A stretch of 64,000 nucleotides of DNA from Deltaproteobacteria bacterium (GTDB lineage Bacteria; UBA10199; JADGCS01): the NCBI GenBank assembly GCA_015228875.1, contig JADGCS010000006.1, positions 2,611 to 66,610 of the forward strand. The letters run 5' to 3'. This document shows positions 51,074 through 60,853 of the stretch, one piece after another (position 1 is the first letter of the stretch; every line of letters begins with the position of its first letter). A program made the position numbers and the translations under genes. Under the pieces are notes generated by a model. It made no database searches. It worked only from the letters and a program-made list of their open reading frames with translations, and was not told where the DNA came from.

Positions 51074-52188
51074 TAGCTGTCCAACCAACCCATGACGTCG
51101 GCAACCATCTTCAGAGTCTTGATGTCGTGAACATCCGAGAGAAAGAGGGGGATAGTGCTTACATAATCGTTTCCAACAGAGTTGGTGATGGATGTGATCT
51201 GCCTCTTGTCTTTTTTGATCATGGGGACAAACAACCTGTAGTTATCGATGAGCAGATCAGCTTCGGCAGGTGAAAACTGCCCGACAAGCTCGTCCCTGCA
51301 GCTTTTTATTTTTTCGGGTGACAAAACATTTCCCTCATACACCCTGTTGATGATGATTTTTTTTAAGTTAAATCCCTGGTCGGAAATCTGCTTGAAGAAA
51401 TCCTGTGTTTCCATGATGGAATTGGCGTTTGTGGTGCAGACGATCACAAAGTGTGTGGTGTCGAGTTTAAGCAGCGAGTTGACTTCGGATGCCCTTGTTT
51501 CAAAGCCGCCCAGCAGATCTTTAAAGGCGACAATCATCTCGGACATTTCTTGAAGAAAGGCAAAACCCGTGATGCGGTCAAAGGCCTTGAGGATCTGCTG
51601 CGAACCTCTTTCAAGAAACTTGAGTCCTGATTTGCCGAGTGACAGTGAGGGCTTGAGCAACAGATGCAGCATCGAGTTGTTGATCATGTTCATCATTCTC
51701 TGAGGCGCACTTAAAAAATCCCTGGCATTTTGTACGGGAGGGGTGTCGACAATCATGACGTCAAATGTGTTTTGTTTGTAAATTTCGTACAGCCTTTCCA
51801 TGGCCATGTATTCCTGCGTGCCGGCGAGCATCTGCGACATGTGCTGATAAAGTTTGTTGTTGATGATTTTGTTTCTGGTTTCTGCGGATGAGGCGTATTT
51901 TTCGATGATGCGGTCGAAGGTTCTCTTGGTGTCGAGCATCATGGCCCACATCTCACCCCCGTTGTTTTCGGGGAGTGTTATTTTTTCCGGTTCGTCGGAG
52001 AGGCTTTTGATCCCCAGAGAATCGGCGAGCCTTTTTGCGGGATCAATGGTCAACACAATGGTCTTGTATCCTGCGAGGCTCATTTTAAGCCCCATGGCGG
52101 CTGCGATGGTTGTTTTTCCAACACCGCCGCTGCCGCAGACGAGCAGAACTCTGGTTTCCCTATGATGATCCGGATTGAGAGTATTCAC
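51073..52188 (-). CDS. ArsA/GET3-family ATPase (GSGGVGKT type)
   Basis: GSGGVGKTT, TIDPAKRLA, GTQEYMAME and DTPP. Confidence 0.9.
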   Translation of the reverse strand: MNTLNPDHHRETRVLLVCGSGGVGKTTIAAAMGLKMSLAGYKTIVLTIDPAKRLADSLGIKSLSDEPEKITLPENNGGEMWAMMLDTKRTFDRIIEKYASSAETRNKIINNKLYQHMSQMLAGTQEYMAMERLYEIYKQNTFDVMIVDTPPVQNARDFLSAPQRMMNMINNSMLHLLLKPSLSLGKSGLKFLERGSQQILKAFDRITGFAFLQEMSEMIVAFKDLLGGFETRASEVNSLLKLDTTHFVIVCTTNANSIMETQDFFKQISDQGFNLKKIIINRVYEGNVLSPEKIKSCRDELVGQFSPAEADLLIDNYRLFVPMIKKDKRQITSITNSVGNDYVSTIPLFLSDVHDIKTLKMVADVMGWLDS

Positions 52189-53108
52189 GAGGAACCCTCC
52201 GTCAACAAGTGAAGGAGCGGTATCAGTCCCCGGTAGTCCCTGATTTCATTGAATTGGAAAGGCAGAACGATCTTTTTAAAATCGGGGAAAAACTCGTTGA
52301 TTTTTTTGATGTAGATCTGGTTGAGTTTGGCCCTTTCGACGGCAAGGTTGTGATAGTTTTTGATCGTGTTGATCCCGGACTCTGTTGATGGGATACTGCG
52401 GCTCAGGGATTTTATTTCCGGCATGACGGCATTGACAAACAGCGGGCCAAAATTAAGGTTGGTGCGCTCTTTAAGGGCGTTGATGTATTCTCTTGATTCG
52501 TTAACAGGCATTTCTTCGGCAAGGGTGACCAGGCAGAAGATGGTCTTTTTTTTGTCGGCCAGCATGTTTAGTATGTCAGTTGCGTGACTGTTGAGTGGAC
52601 CAATCTTGACGGCAGATCTGAGGACCCTGGGGACTTCAAGCGTGGAGAGTCCATGACCTGTGGCTGGCGCATCCACTATGACGAGATCGTAGGTGCGTTG
52701 TGCCATAAGCTTGTTTTTGTATTGCCGTTCCAAATCGTATATTTTGCCGAGCATCAGGATATCGTTTAAGCCCGGAATGGCGTCCAGAAAATTGCTGACG
52801 AACTTGTTGTTGAAGAAGGCCTGGTAAAGCGCCTTGAAATGGAGGCGTTTGAGTACGTATTCTTCGAAGCATTTGTTTGGTGACAGGTTGATGCCGGAGA
52901 TGTAGGGGGCGAGCGAGATTTCTTCCTGCCCGTTGCTCGATGTGTTGAACAGGGGGGCAATAAGACCTGATGAATTCATTTCTACAATGAGGGTGCGTTT
53001 TTTTTTCTTGGCGGCAAAGAGGGCAAGCAGCATCGCTGTGGTTGTTTTGCCAACACCGCCTTTCCCGGAGACAAAGACGAGTCTGTGATCAAGTATTTCG
53101 GAAAGCAT
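52185..53108 (-). CDS. ArsA/GET3-family ATPase (GKGGVGKT type)
   Basis: GKGGVGKTT, PGL.D..MLGK, DAPATGH and TLAEEMP. Confidence 0.9.
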   Translation of the reverse strand: MLSEILDHRLVFVSGKGGVGKTTTAMLLALFAAKKKKRTLIVEMNSSGLIAPLFNTSSNGQEEISLAPYISGINLSPNKCFEEYVLKRLHFKALYQAFFNNKFVSNFLDAIPGLNDILMLGKIYDLERQYKNKLMAQRTYDLVIVDAPATGHGLSTLEVPRVLRSAVKIGPLNSHATDILNMLADKKKTIFCLVTLAEEMPVNESREYINALKERTNLNFGPLFVNAVMPEIKSLSRSIPSTESGINTIKNYHNLAVERAKLNQIYIKKINEFFPDFKKIVLPFQFNEIRDYRGLIPLLHLLTEGSS

Positions 53109-53125
53109 AAATCTGTCTTTTAAGT

Positions 53126-53200
53126 CCTTAGTACTTCGATTCGCAAATACGGTAACGTAATTTGATTACCATTGAATTAAATTTTTGCTCACTCAGTACT
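53126..53200 (+). repeat. Repeat family E, 75-bp direct repeat (right of the arsA pair)
   Basis: ccttagtacttcgattcgcaaatacgg...gctcactcagtact. Confidence 0.92.
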
Positions 53201-53258
53201 GAGTGCCGAGTGAATAAATATGTTGCCATATTTATGAATCGAGGTCCTTAGCTCCACA

Positions 53259-53311
53259 AAACGAAGAACGAAGAACGTAAACGAAGAATGAAGAACGCGA
53301 ACGAATAACGA
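53259..53311 (+). repeat. Degenerate 7-bp tandem repeat (ACGAAGA)n
   Basis: aacgaagaacgaagaacgtaaacgaagaatgaagaacgcgaacgaataacga. Confidence 0.8.
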
Positions 53312-53383
53312 GCACCCTCCCATCCCTTGGCAATGGACATCCTGTCAAGGAGGCTCAAGGGCTGTGGGGGCTCAAGGCCAAAT

Positions 53384-53938
53384 TTATCTGTTTTCGTAGG
53401 TGCGGAGTTTTTTTTCGAGAAACATGACGCGTTGTCTGAGTTTTCGAATTTCCTGTTGCAGGTTGTTTACATGAGCAAGGGAGCCGACGGTGTCCTTGAT
53501 TTTGCCCTCGATATTTTTTGATATCTGCTGCGTTTTTTCTAGTACTTCTTTGATGATGTTGTCTTCACGCGATTCGATTGCCTGACCGATTTTTTCGTAG
53601 AATGACCCCGCGCCTTCTTTGGCGCTGGACAGCGTGTTTTGCACAGAGTCGGTTGTCTTGCTGACGATATCTTTGATAGCGTCGCCGCCGTTACGGATGA
53701 TGCTTTTCAGGACGTTGAGAGGCAGGAGACTCTTGGTTTTCTTTTCTTCTTCAAAGATGATTTGAGTCAGAGTGACGCTGGTCAAGTCGGACTTGGTTTT
53801 GTTGTCGATGATCCTTACATCGTGTCCATCACGCACCATCACACCGATGTCATCAAGGGTCACGTACGTTGAGTTTTGTGTGTCGTAGAGTTTTCTGTTT
53901 TGATATCTTTTAATAATGATCGTTTTTCTGTCTTTCAA
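53384..53938 (-). CDS. PHA synthesis regulator (PhaR-type DNA-binding domain)
   Basis: IIKRYQNRKLYDTQNSTYVTLDDI...DLTSVTLTQIIFEEE. Confidence 0.85.
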   Translation of the reverse strand: MKDRKTIIIKRYQNRKLYDTQNSTYVTLDDIGVMVRDGHDVRIIDNKTKSDLTSVTLTQIIFEEEKKTKSLLPLNVLKSIIRNGGDAIKDIVSKTTDSVQNTLSSAKEGAGSFYEKIGQAIESREDNIIKEVLEKTQQISKNIEGKIKDTVGSLAHVNNLQQEIRKLRQRVMFLEKKLRTYENR

Positions 53939-54079
53939 ATGGCCTCCGGTTAATAATGCAGTTCAAAATGATACACATCCCCCGATTTTGCAATAATTTT
54001 ATCACACGCATCTATCAAGTGATAAAATGGGCGCGCTGTTTGGGTGTTTTTTTTTGGGGGGGGGCTGGATGTTCCAAGT

Positions 54080-54550
54080 TCACAGATTAATGGCGTTTTC
54101 GAGTTCAAAAATGTTTTCGAGGTTGTTGCCTCTCTGGCTTTTGCGAGTGTGCTGGTAGAGGACGCCTTTGACAGTATGAAGGGCCTCAATTTTTAAATCT
54201 TTGTTTTGTTCGCTTGATTGCGCAATTTTTTCTATTTCTTCATCGAGGACAGTAACAAGCGAGTCTACAATGTTTTTTTTGAGTTTTGTTGCGCTGTAGG
54301 GCACTGCGGGTGTGGTTTCGAGCTGATTGATGGAGTATGTCAGCAGCAACTCTATTTTTTTAAAAGTCTTTTTGAATGCGCTGATATTTTTTATGATAAA
54401 GGTATCCTGGGTGATTTGTGTGGTGATGTCGAGGGTTGACGCCATGGCGAGGAGCAGCTCTTTAAGGGCCCCGCCCAGGTGAGATTTGACGCTCTCAATT
54501 TGCTGGATGTACTTGATAAAAAGGATAAGGCCAATTTTTTCGAGGTTCAT
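54080..54550 (-). CDS. hypothetical protein
   Basis: 156-aa helical ORF co-oriented with the phaR-like gene. Confidence 0.55.
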   Translation of the reverse strand: MNLEKIGLILFIKYIQQIESVKSHLGGALKELLLAMASTLDITTQITQDTFIIKNISAFKKTFKKIELLLTYSINQLETTPAVPYSATKLKKNIVDSLVTVLDEEIEKIAQSSEQNKDLKIEALHTVKGVLYQHTRKSQRGNNLENIFELENAINL

Positions 54551-54896
54551 AATTTGTCTTGAGTTATCACAATATGTGTCATCGAAAAACGACGAGACAA
54601 CAGACCCACGCGCTTATCGATGAGCAATGCATTGTAAGTCAACAAGCATTGTAGCGTAGTGCAATATATGGCAACTTGGTATCATGAGTCACTCGAAAAA
54701 TCTGCCCCAAAAGTATAAAAAACGAGAAAAAACTGTACCTTTATGATTTTAAACAAAAAAAACTTTCGCCCATTAATTAAAGGTTGCGTTAAAAAATGTC
54801 TCATAATTTTATAATTGGCGTGTTTTTGATTGCTTTGACTAATTTGACCTTTTGATTTAGTGGGGCGGGAGTTTGTTTGTTTTTTGAGGAGGTTTT

Positions 54897-55913
54897 ATGA
54901 CACGGCATATGACGACCCTTTTTATCTCTGTTATTTTTGTCTTAATGGTTGCGGTGGGTTTTCTTGCGATGCGGGTTTCGGAGCTTGGCAGTCTTTACGA
55001 GGCTCATGTCCACGCAAAACCAGCCGGCACCATGGTGGATGCCGAGGAGTTATTTGGCGGTTTGACAGCCCTCGAAAAAGAAATCAAAGCCCAAAAAGAG
55101 GTGTTGTCGGGTCTATCCGTCAGTCTCACAAACCTGTCCGACAGGATGAACGATAAAACAGCAAACGGGGCTGGTTTTATGAGGGCCCCGGAGTATTCTG
55201 TTACTGCCCCCATTTACTTTGTCAAAGAGGCCGGATCCGCACTCATCTCGGTCACTGGCGACAAATCGCGACTGACCCAATGGATCGAAAACAACGAGAT
55301 TTTTCTGGAGCATGTTATGAAGAAAAGCATGCCTCTTGAGTACGACAGAAGAACGGGCGGCGTGGTTGTGGAAGGGCTTGTCTCTGACTCTGTGTTTTAC
55401 CAGATGGGGATCAGAGACGGGGACAAGATCCTGACAGTCAATGGCAGGAGGATGGCCAAGGGGATGGACTTAAGAAACGAGTTGGTCAATCAAAAACCCG
55501 CACGCATCGCCATTATAAGGGATCACAAGAGAATGCAGATCGAGATTACCTACAAGGACAAGATTGACGATCTGTTTAACAAAATGAATAAAAAAGAAAA
55601 CAATGAGATTGTCCTCGATATAACAAAAGAACAGTTCAACGAGGTTTTGGACCAGCAGATGTCCAAAATCAAAACAGAACCTGCGCTTGTCAATGGAGAA
55701 ACCCCCGGTGTCAAGATTCTCGGCATCGATGAGGTCAGCGTCTTTTCCCTCATGGAATTTAAGGCGTACGATATTATCACAAAGATAGATGGGGCCCCTG
55801 TGTCCGATTCAAAGCTTGCGTCCGTGTTGGAGAATGCCGATGACCCCATAGAAATTGACTTCGTAAGGGAAAATCAATCAGACAAAGTCCTTGTCAGGTT
55901 CAGTCGTGATTGA
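54897..55913 (+). CDS. Membrane-anchored tandem-PDZ protein (GspC-like)
   Basis: GAGGAGG RBS, TM, coiled coil, GIRDGDKILTVNG and DIITKIDG. Confidence 0.7.
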   Translation: MTRHMTTLFISVIFVLMVAVGFLAMRVSELGSLYEAHVHAKPAGTMVDAEELFGGLTALEKEIKAQKEVLSGLSVSLTNLSDRMNDKTANGAGFMRAPEYSVTAPIYFVKEAGSALISVTGDKSRLTQWIENNEIFLEHVMKKSMPLEYDRRTGGVVVEGLVSDSVFYQMGIRDGDKILTVNGRRMAKGMDLRNELVNQKPARIAIIRDHKRMQIEITYKDKIDDLFNKMNKKENNEIVLDITKEQFNEVLDQQMSKIKTEPALVNGETPGVKILGIDEVSVFSLMEFKAYDIITKIDGAPVSDSKLASVLENADDPIEIDFVRENQSDKVLVRFSRD

Positions 55914-55915
55914 CA

Positions 55916-56052
55916 TAACCCGCATAAAGCGGAGTGCATTGCGATCAAACATGAAGGGTTTCATGTTTGGCGCTATGCGCCAGACACTACGCGGGCGGAC
56001 ACCATGCAAAAATTGATGCCGAAACGCGTAGAAAAAACCTTCCAAGGTTATA
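55916..56052 (-). repeat. Repeat family B long form containing module M
   Basis: Reverse complement of B with a 48-bp net insert. Confidence 0.93.
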
Positions 56053-56077
56053 ATAGCGGTGTCTTTTATTTTCGCCC

Positions 56078-58183
56078 ATGAAAAAACAAAACAGCTCTCA
56101 TCAGACCTCTCTTTTTGACAGAGAGCTGCACTCTCTGTGTGTGGCTGCCTTTTTTTTTGCAGCCGCCTTTCTACTCTATTTTAAAACCCTGGATAATCCC
56201 CTTGTCTTTGATTCCGCGTCACACTTTAACAACGGGGACATCATGGGTGGGCTGCGTAATTTTTCCTTTTTAAACGTTCGGGCATTTCCGTTGTTGTCAT
56301 ATGCTCTCATCTACAAATTTCTTGGCCAAGGATGGGCGTGGCAGCGCGTCTTTAATATTTTTCTGCATGCATCAAACGCGCTCCTTGTTTATATTTTTTT
56401 GAGGGGCCTGTTTTGTCATGTGTTGGGTGGCAAAAGCAAATCGACATCCGTTAACCCTGCCTGGATTGCTTTTTTCGCAGGGCTTATTTTTTTGATTCAC
56501 CCCGTGTCTGTCTACGCAACGGCCTATCTGGTTCAGAGATCCATTCAAATGGGACTTGCTTTTGGCCTCTTAAGCCTGATTTTTTATCTTAAAGGGGTTT
56601 TGTCCAACAGATGGTATTGGTTTTTGCCCGCTGCGTTTTTTTATTTTTTCTGTGTTCATTCCAAAGAACACTGTGTGACTCTACCGGCTGTAGCTTTGAT
56701 GGTGACACTCATGCTGGATCCTTTCTCGGTGAAAAAATATTTGAAAAAATATTTCTGGGTGTATCTTTTGTTTGCAGCTATTTCCACAGAAATCATACTC
56801 AGTAGCAAAGGGTATCTGGGCAAAATCTACGAGCCACACGGTATCGACATGATCAACAATGCAGTTGTTCAGGGGGAGGCCCTGATCAGTCAGGACAATG
56901 CCTATTTTTTAAGTGTCATGACGCAGACTCATATGTTCTTCAGGTATCTTTTTCTGTGGCTTATTCCCCTCCCGCACCTGATTTACATCGATATCCACCT
57001 CCCATTTGCCGCTGGTTTTTTAAGCTGGCCCGAGACTTTTACAGCATTCTGTTTTTGTGTGTTTGTCCTGTTTTCGTTGTGGCTGCTTGTTAAAAAAGGT
57101 CTCAGATCCCTGTTTGGCTTTGCCCTGCTTTCTCCGGTTGTCCTGTTTTCAACAGAAATGTCAGTGGTGAGACTCTCCGAGCAGTTTGTTCTTTATCGTA
57201 GTTATTTCTGGGTCATTGGGCTGGTCTCTGTCCTGCCCCTGCTGGTTTTCTGGATTGCAAAAAACAAAAAGGCTGCGCCTTTTATTCTGGCGACTTTTTT
57301 TGTCTACCTTGTCCTGCTTGTCTTTGTGACCCTTGATCGCCTTAAGACATTTGATTCCGAAATAGCGCTGTGGCGTGATGTGGTCGAAAAAGTAGATCGC
57401 ACAAGCAGTAAGGTTTTGTATAAAAATTACAGACCGTTTAACAACCTCGCCAATAAACTCACAGATATTGACCGTTTTGATGAAGCTTTGCAGTATTACA
57501 TGATTGGTCTAAAGTTAAATCCAAATTATGGTCTGGCAAGGGCCAACATGGGCATCATGTACTACAAACAGGGAAAATACGACGAGGCCATGACATATTA
57601 TCGGGATGCGATAGAAAAAGAACCGGGGTATCTTCAATCTTACATCGGTCTTGGCCTGTGTTTTTACAAGCAGGGAAAATATCAGGAGGCCATTGATTCT
57701 TACAACAGGGTGCTCAAAATACGCCCGTCAGATGATGACGCCCATTTTAATCTGGGCAATGCCTTCTACAAGTTGCGCGATTACCAAAAGGCAATAGCGC
57801 ACTACGTAAAAGCGCTGAGCCTTAATCCAAACCTTGAGGACGTGTATTACAATCTGGCCCTTGCTTATCTTCAAAATGGACAGCATCAGGAGTCACTTGA
57901 GCAATTCAATAAAATAGTGACCGCGCAACCGGATCATAAAAGAAAGGCAGATGCCTGTTTTGAAATGGCCAACATTTATTTCAGGCTCAAAGATTTTGAT
58001 CGGGCTGCACGTTATTATCAAATGGTCATTGACGTAAATCCCAAAATGGCCGATGCACACTATAATCTTGGCATCATTTATCTTAATAAGGGTGAAAGGG
58101 CGTTGGCAAAGACCCGCTTTGAAAAGGCCGTTGACATTGACCCCGCCCATCAAAAGAGTCTCAATGCCTTGAAGCAGTTTTGA
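56078..58183 (+). CDS. TMTC-like glycosyltransferase-TPR protein
   Basis: Multi-TM; HPVSVYATAYLVQRS, KEHCV and SEQFVLYRSY; about 7 TPRs. Confidence 0.82.
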   Translation: MKKQNSSHQTSLFDRELHSLCVAAFFFAAAFLLYFKTLDNPLVFDSASHFNNGDIMGGLRNFSFLNVRAFPLLSYALIYKFLGQGWAWQRVFNIFLHASNALLVYIFLRGLFCHVLGGKSKSTSVNPAWIAFFAGLIFLIHPVSVYATAYLVQRSIQMGLAFGLLSLIFYLKGVLSNRWYWFLPAAFFYFFCVHSKEHCVTLPAVALMVTLMLDPFSVKKYLKKYFWVYLLFAAISTEIILSSKGYLGKIYEPHGIDMINNAVVQGEALISQDNAYFLSVMTQTHMFFRYLFLWLIPLPHLIYIDIHLPFAAGFLSWPETFTAFCFCVFVLFSLWLLVKKGLRSLFGFALLSPVVLFSTEMSVVRLSEQFVLYRSYFWVIGLVSVLPLLVFWIAKNKKAAPFILATFFVYLVLLVFVTLDRLKTFDSEIALWRDVVEKVDRTSSKVLYKNYRPFNNLANKLTDIDRFDEALQYYMIGLKLNPNYGLARANMGIMYYKQGKYDEAMTYYRDAIEKEPGYLQSYIGLGLCFYKQGKYQEAIDSYNRVLKIRPSDDDAHFNLGNAFYKLRDYQKAIAHYVKALSLNPNLEDVYYNLALAYLQNGQHQESLEQFNKIVTAQPDHKRKADACFEMANIYFRLKDFDRAARYYQMVIDVNPKMADAHYNLGIIYLNKGERALAKTRFEKAVDIDPAHQKSLNALKQF

Positions 58184-58333
58184 CCTCCCGCTAGACAGCG
58201 TCTCTTGGGAAGATCCATGGTGCGTCGGTTGTTTAAAAACAAAATCGTTTGAGGCGTGTTTCTGCATTGCAATTAAGGCGCGCCGGGTGACATGTGAGGC
58301 GGGATTAAATTGCGTTTTTAGGATGATTATAAA

Positions 58334-60286
58334 ATGGTAAAAAATACTCCGATAGCACAACCCTCAAAAAGTCTCTTTAAAAAAGATGTAGCCTCTCTCT
58401 TGTTGATCTTTGTGCTGTTTATCACTGCGGTCCTTTTGTATCTGCAGCATCTTGACAACCCCATCGTGTTTGACACGGCCCAGAGCTTTAATGGACCATT
58501 TCTCGAAGGTTGCTACGATTCATTCAATCTGTTCAACCTGAGAAGCCTTGCGTATGTGACCTTTGGTATTTTTTACAAATGGATCGGGATGGACTGGTTC
58601 TGGCACCGGATATTAAACCTTGTCTTTCACGCGACCAATACCTGTCTTGTCTTTGTTTTTTTAAAGGGGTTATTTGGTGAGGTACTCAAAGAAACAAAGG
58701 AGGAACTTCCCGTCAGTGTTTCGTGGATGGCCTTTCTGGGTGGGATTTTTTTTGCGGTTGATCCCATCTCCGTTTATGCAACAGCGTATCTTGTTCAACG
58801 AAGCATCCAGATGGCGACCCTTTTCTCGCTCATCTCGTTATTGTTTTACCAGAGGGCCGTGATCTTAAAACAATGGTACTGGTTTTTACCTTCCGTTCTT
58901 TCTTTTTTTCTGGCGGTTCATTGCAAAGAGCACTGTGTGATGCTGCCTGCGGTTGCCTTTATCATGACGCTGATCCTCGATCCCTTTGAGTTTAAAAAAT
59001 ACCTTGAGCGCTATGGCTGGGTGTTTCTGTTGTTTACTGTGGTGGCTGTTGAAATCACCCTGTATCAAATAGGCATTTTGGGTAAGGTCTACGAACCCCA
59101 TGGCGAGGGGATGATCGACAGTGCCAATGTCAAAGAATCTGTCTTTACAGCAGAGAACGCCTACCCCTTAAGTGTGATCACACAGGCGTACATGTTCTTT
59201 CGCTACCTGTATCTGTGGATCATTCCCGATGTCCGGCTTATTTACATCGATATTCAACTGCCGTTTGCCACATCGCTCATGAGTTGGCCGGAGACCTTTG
59301 CCTTTATTTGTTTTTGCTGTTATCCCGTGATGGCCTTCTGGCTCCTGCGTAAAAAAGGAACAAAGGCCCTTTTGGGTTTTGGACTTTTATCCCCCTGGCT
59401 TCTGTTTTTGACAGAGGTCAGTGTCGTCAGATTATCCGAGCAGTTTGTGCTGTACCGCAGTTACCTGTGGATGTTTGCCCTGCCTTCTGTCCTGCCTTTC
59501 TTGTTTTCAATCAGGATTAATAATCATCTCCACAAGAAGCTCATGGGCATTTTAGTTTTTTTATACCTTGCAGGTCTTACCGTGGCCACAGTTGACAGAC
59601 TCGATTCTTTCGACACGAAGGTCTCCATATGGGAGGACGCCGTCTCCAAAATAAGGGCTTATGGTGATTACGATGCCCTGTACAAAAACTACAGGCCCTT
59701 TAATAACCTTGCGTTTGCGCTTACATCCACCGGCAAGCTTATCGAATCGATCCCCTATTACTACGAGGCCGTGCGCATTAACCCCAACTATGTCAAGGCG
59801 CGCAGCAATCTTGGTGCTGTTTTGACCAACCAGGGGAGATATCAAGAGGCCATCGAACACTTTAAACATGCGGTCAAGGTTAACCCGCTGTATATAGATG
59901 CCTTCGTGGGGCTGGGTGTCTGTGCGGCAGAGCAGGGAAACCAGGAAGAGGCCATCGAATACTATCAACAGGCCATTAAAATAAAAGAAGACTATCCGGA
60001 TGCCAATTTTAATATGGGCAACGCCTACCTTAAGCTCAAGGATTTTAACAAGGCTGTTTATTACTATCAGGTGGCAATTAAGGCTAATCCAAGCTTTGCA
60101 GATGCCCATCATAATCTGGGGCTTGCGTTGGGAAACCTTGGCAAATTTATGGAGGCAAGGGCCACGTTCGAAAACACACTCAAGATTGACCCCAATCACA
60201 CACGAAGCCAAAATGCCCTTAAACTATTAAACGAACAATTATTAAAAATCACTCAAATGAGAATGATGCAGGGTGCGACAAAATAA
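58334..60286 (+). CDS. TMTC-like glycosyltransferase-TPR protein (tandem paralogue)
   Basis: Highly similar to 56078-58183. Confidence 0.82.
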   Translation: MVKNTPIAQPSKSLFKKDVASLLLIFVLFITAVLLYLQHLDNPIVFDTAQSFNGPFLEGCYDSFNLFNLRSLAYVTFGIFYKWIGMDWFWHRILNLVFHATNTCLVFVFLKGLFGEVLKETKEELPVSVSWMAFLGGIFFAVDPISVYATAYLVQRSIQMATLFSLISLLFYQRAVILKQWYWFLPSVLSFFLAVHCKEHCVMLPAVAFIMTLILDPFEFKKYLERYGWVFLLFTVVAVEITLYQIGILGKVYEPHGEGMIDSANVKESVFTAENAYPLSVITQAYMFFRYLYLWIIPDVRLIYIDIQLPFATSLMSWPETFAFICFCCYPVMAFWLLRKKGTKALLGFGLLSPWLLFLTEVSVVRLSEQFVLYRSYLWMFALPSVLPFLFSIRINNHLHKKLMGILVFLYLAGLTVATVDRLDSFDTKVSIWEDAVSKIRAYGDYDALYKNYRPFNNLAFALTSTGKLIESIPYYYEAVRINPNYVKARSNLGAVLTNQGRYQEAIEHFKHAVKVNPLYIDAFVGLGVCAAEQGNQEEAIEYYQQAIKIKEDYPDANFNMGNAYLKLKDFNKAVYYYQVAIKANPSFADAHHNLGLALGNLGKFMEARATFENTLKIDPNHTRSQNALKLLNEQLLKITQMRMMQGATK

Positions 60287-60295
60287 TTTATTGTC

Positions 60296-60460
60296 CAGAA
60301 CCTTGGAAGGTTTTTTCTACGCGCCGGGGTCTGGCGCATAGCGCCGGACATGAAATCATTCATGTCCGATCGCAATGCACCCCGCGTAGTGTCTGGCGCA
60401 TAGCGCCAAACATGAAACCCTTCATGTTTGATCGCAATGCACTCCGCTTTATGCGGGTTA
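60296..60460 (+). repeat. Repeat family B variant with two copies of module M
   Basis: B ends; M at 60329-60380 (replacing the B centre) and at 60391-60442. Confidence 0.92.
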
Positions 60461-60461
60461 T

Positions 60462-60544
60462 GAATTTCAAAGTCGACAGAGCGCGGGTGCAGTCCTCGCA
60501 TGACGAAGGGACTCAATCGCATAAAAGTCAAGCTGGTAATTTGT
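60462..60544 (+). repeat. Repeat family A copy fused directly to the preceding B element
   Basis: gaatttcaaagtcgacagagcgcgggtgcagtcctcg...gtcaagctggtaatttgt. Confidence 0.92.
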
Positions 60545-60853
60545 GCCAAAAACAAAACCATCAAGGGCCAAACAATCCTCGTATCGCAAGAAGATTCAAA
60601 ATATCAAAAATCAGGTTGTTCGTGATTCATTAGCAAAAAAATCACATGCAAACACAGCGCGTTTTTTTTCATTGCAAAAATCCAAAACACCAAAGAATTG
60701 ATGCCCCCTTAGCGTATCATCACAGCGACAACCCGATGGGATGGCTGCTTTATTGCGTGTAACACACTGATTACAGGGAAAAATTTTGGGTATTTACTTT
60801 GTGGGTAAGTTTTTTTATTGAGGCGGCTCTTATTTTTTACGAGGGCATATTTT

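Noticed and set aside
54620-54670. TGC/GCA-rich tract upstream of the phaR-like unit as a PhaR operator
   Set aside because: Too degenerate to support from sequence alone.
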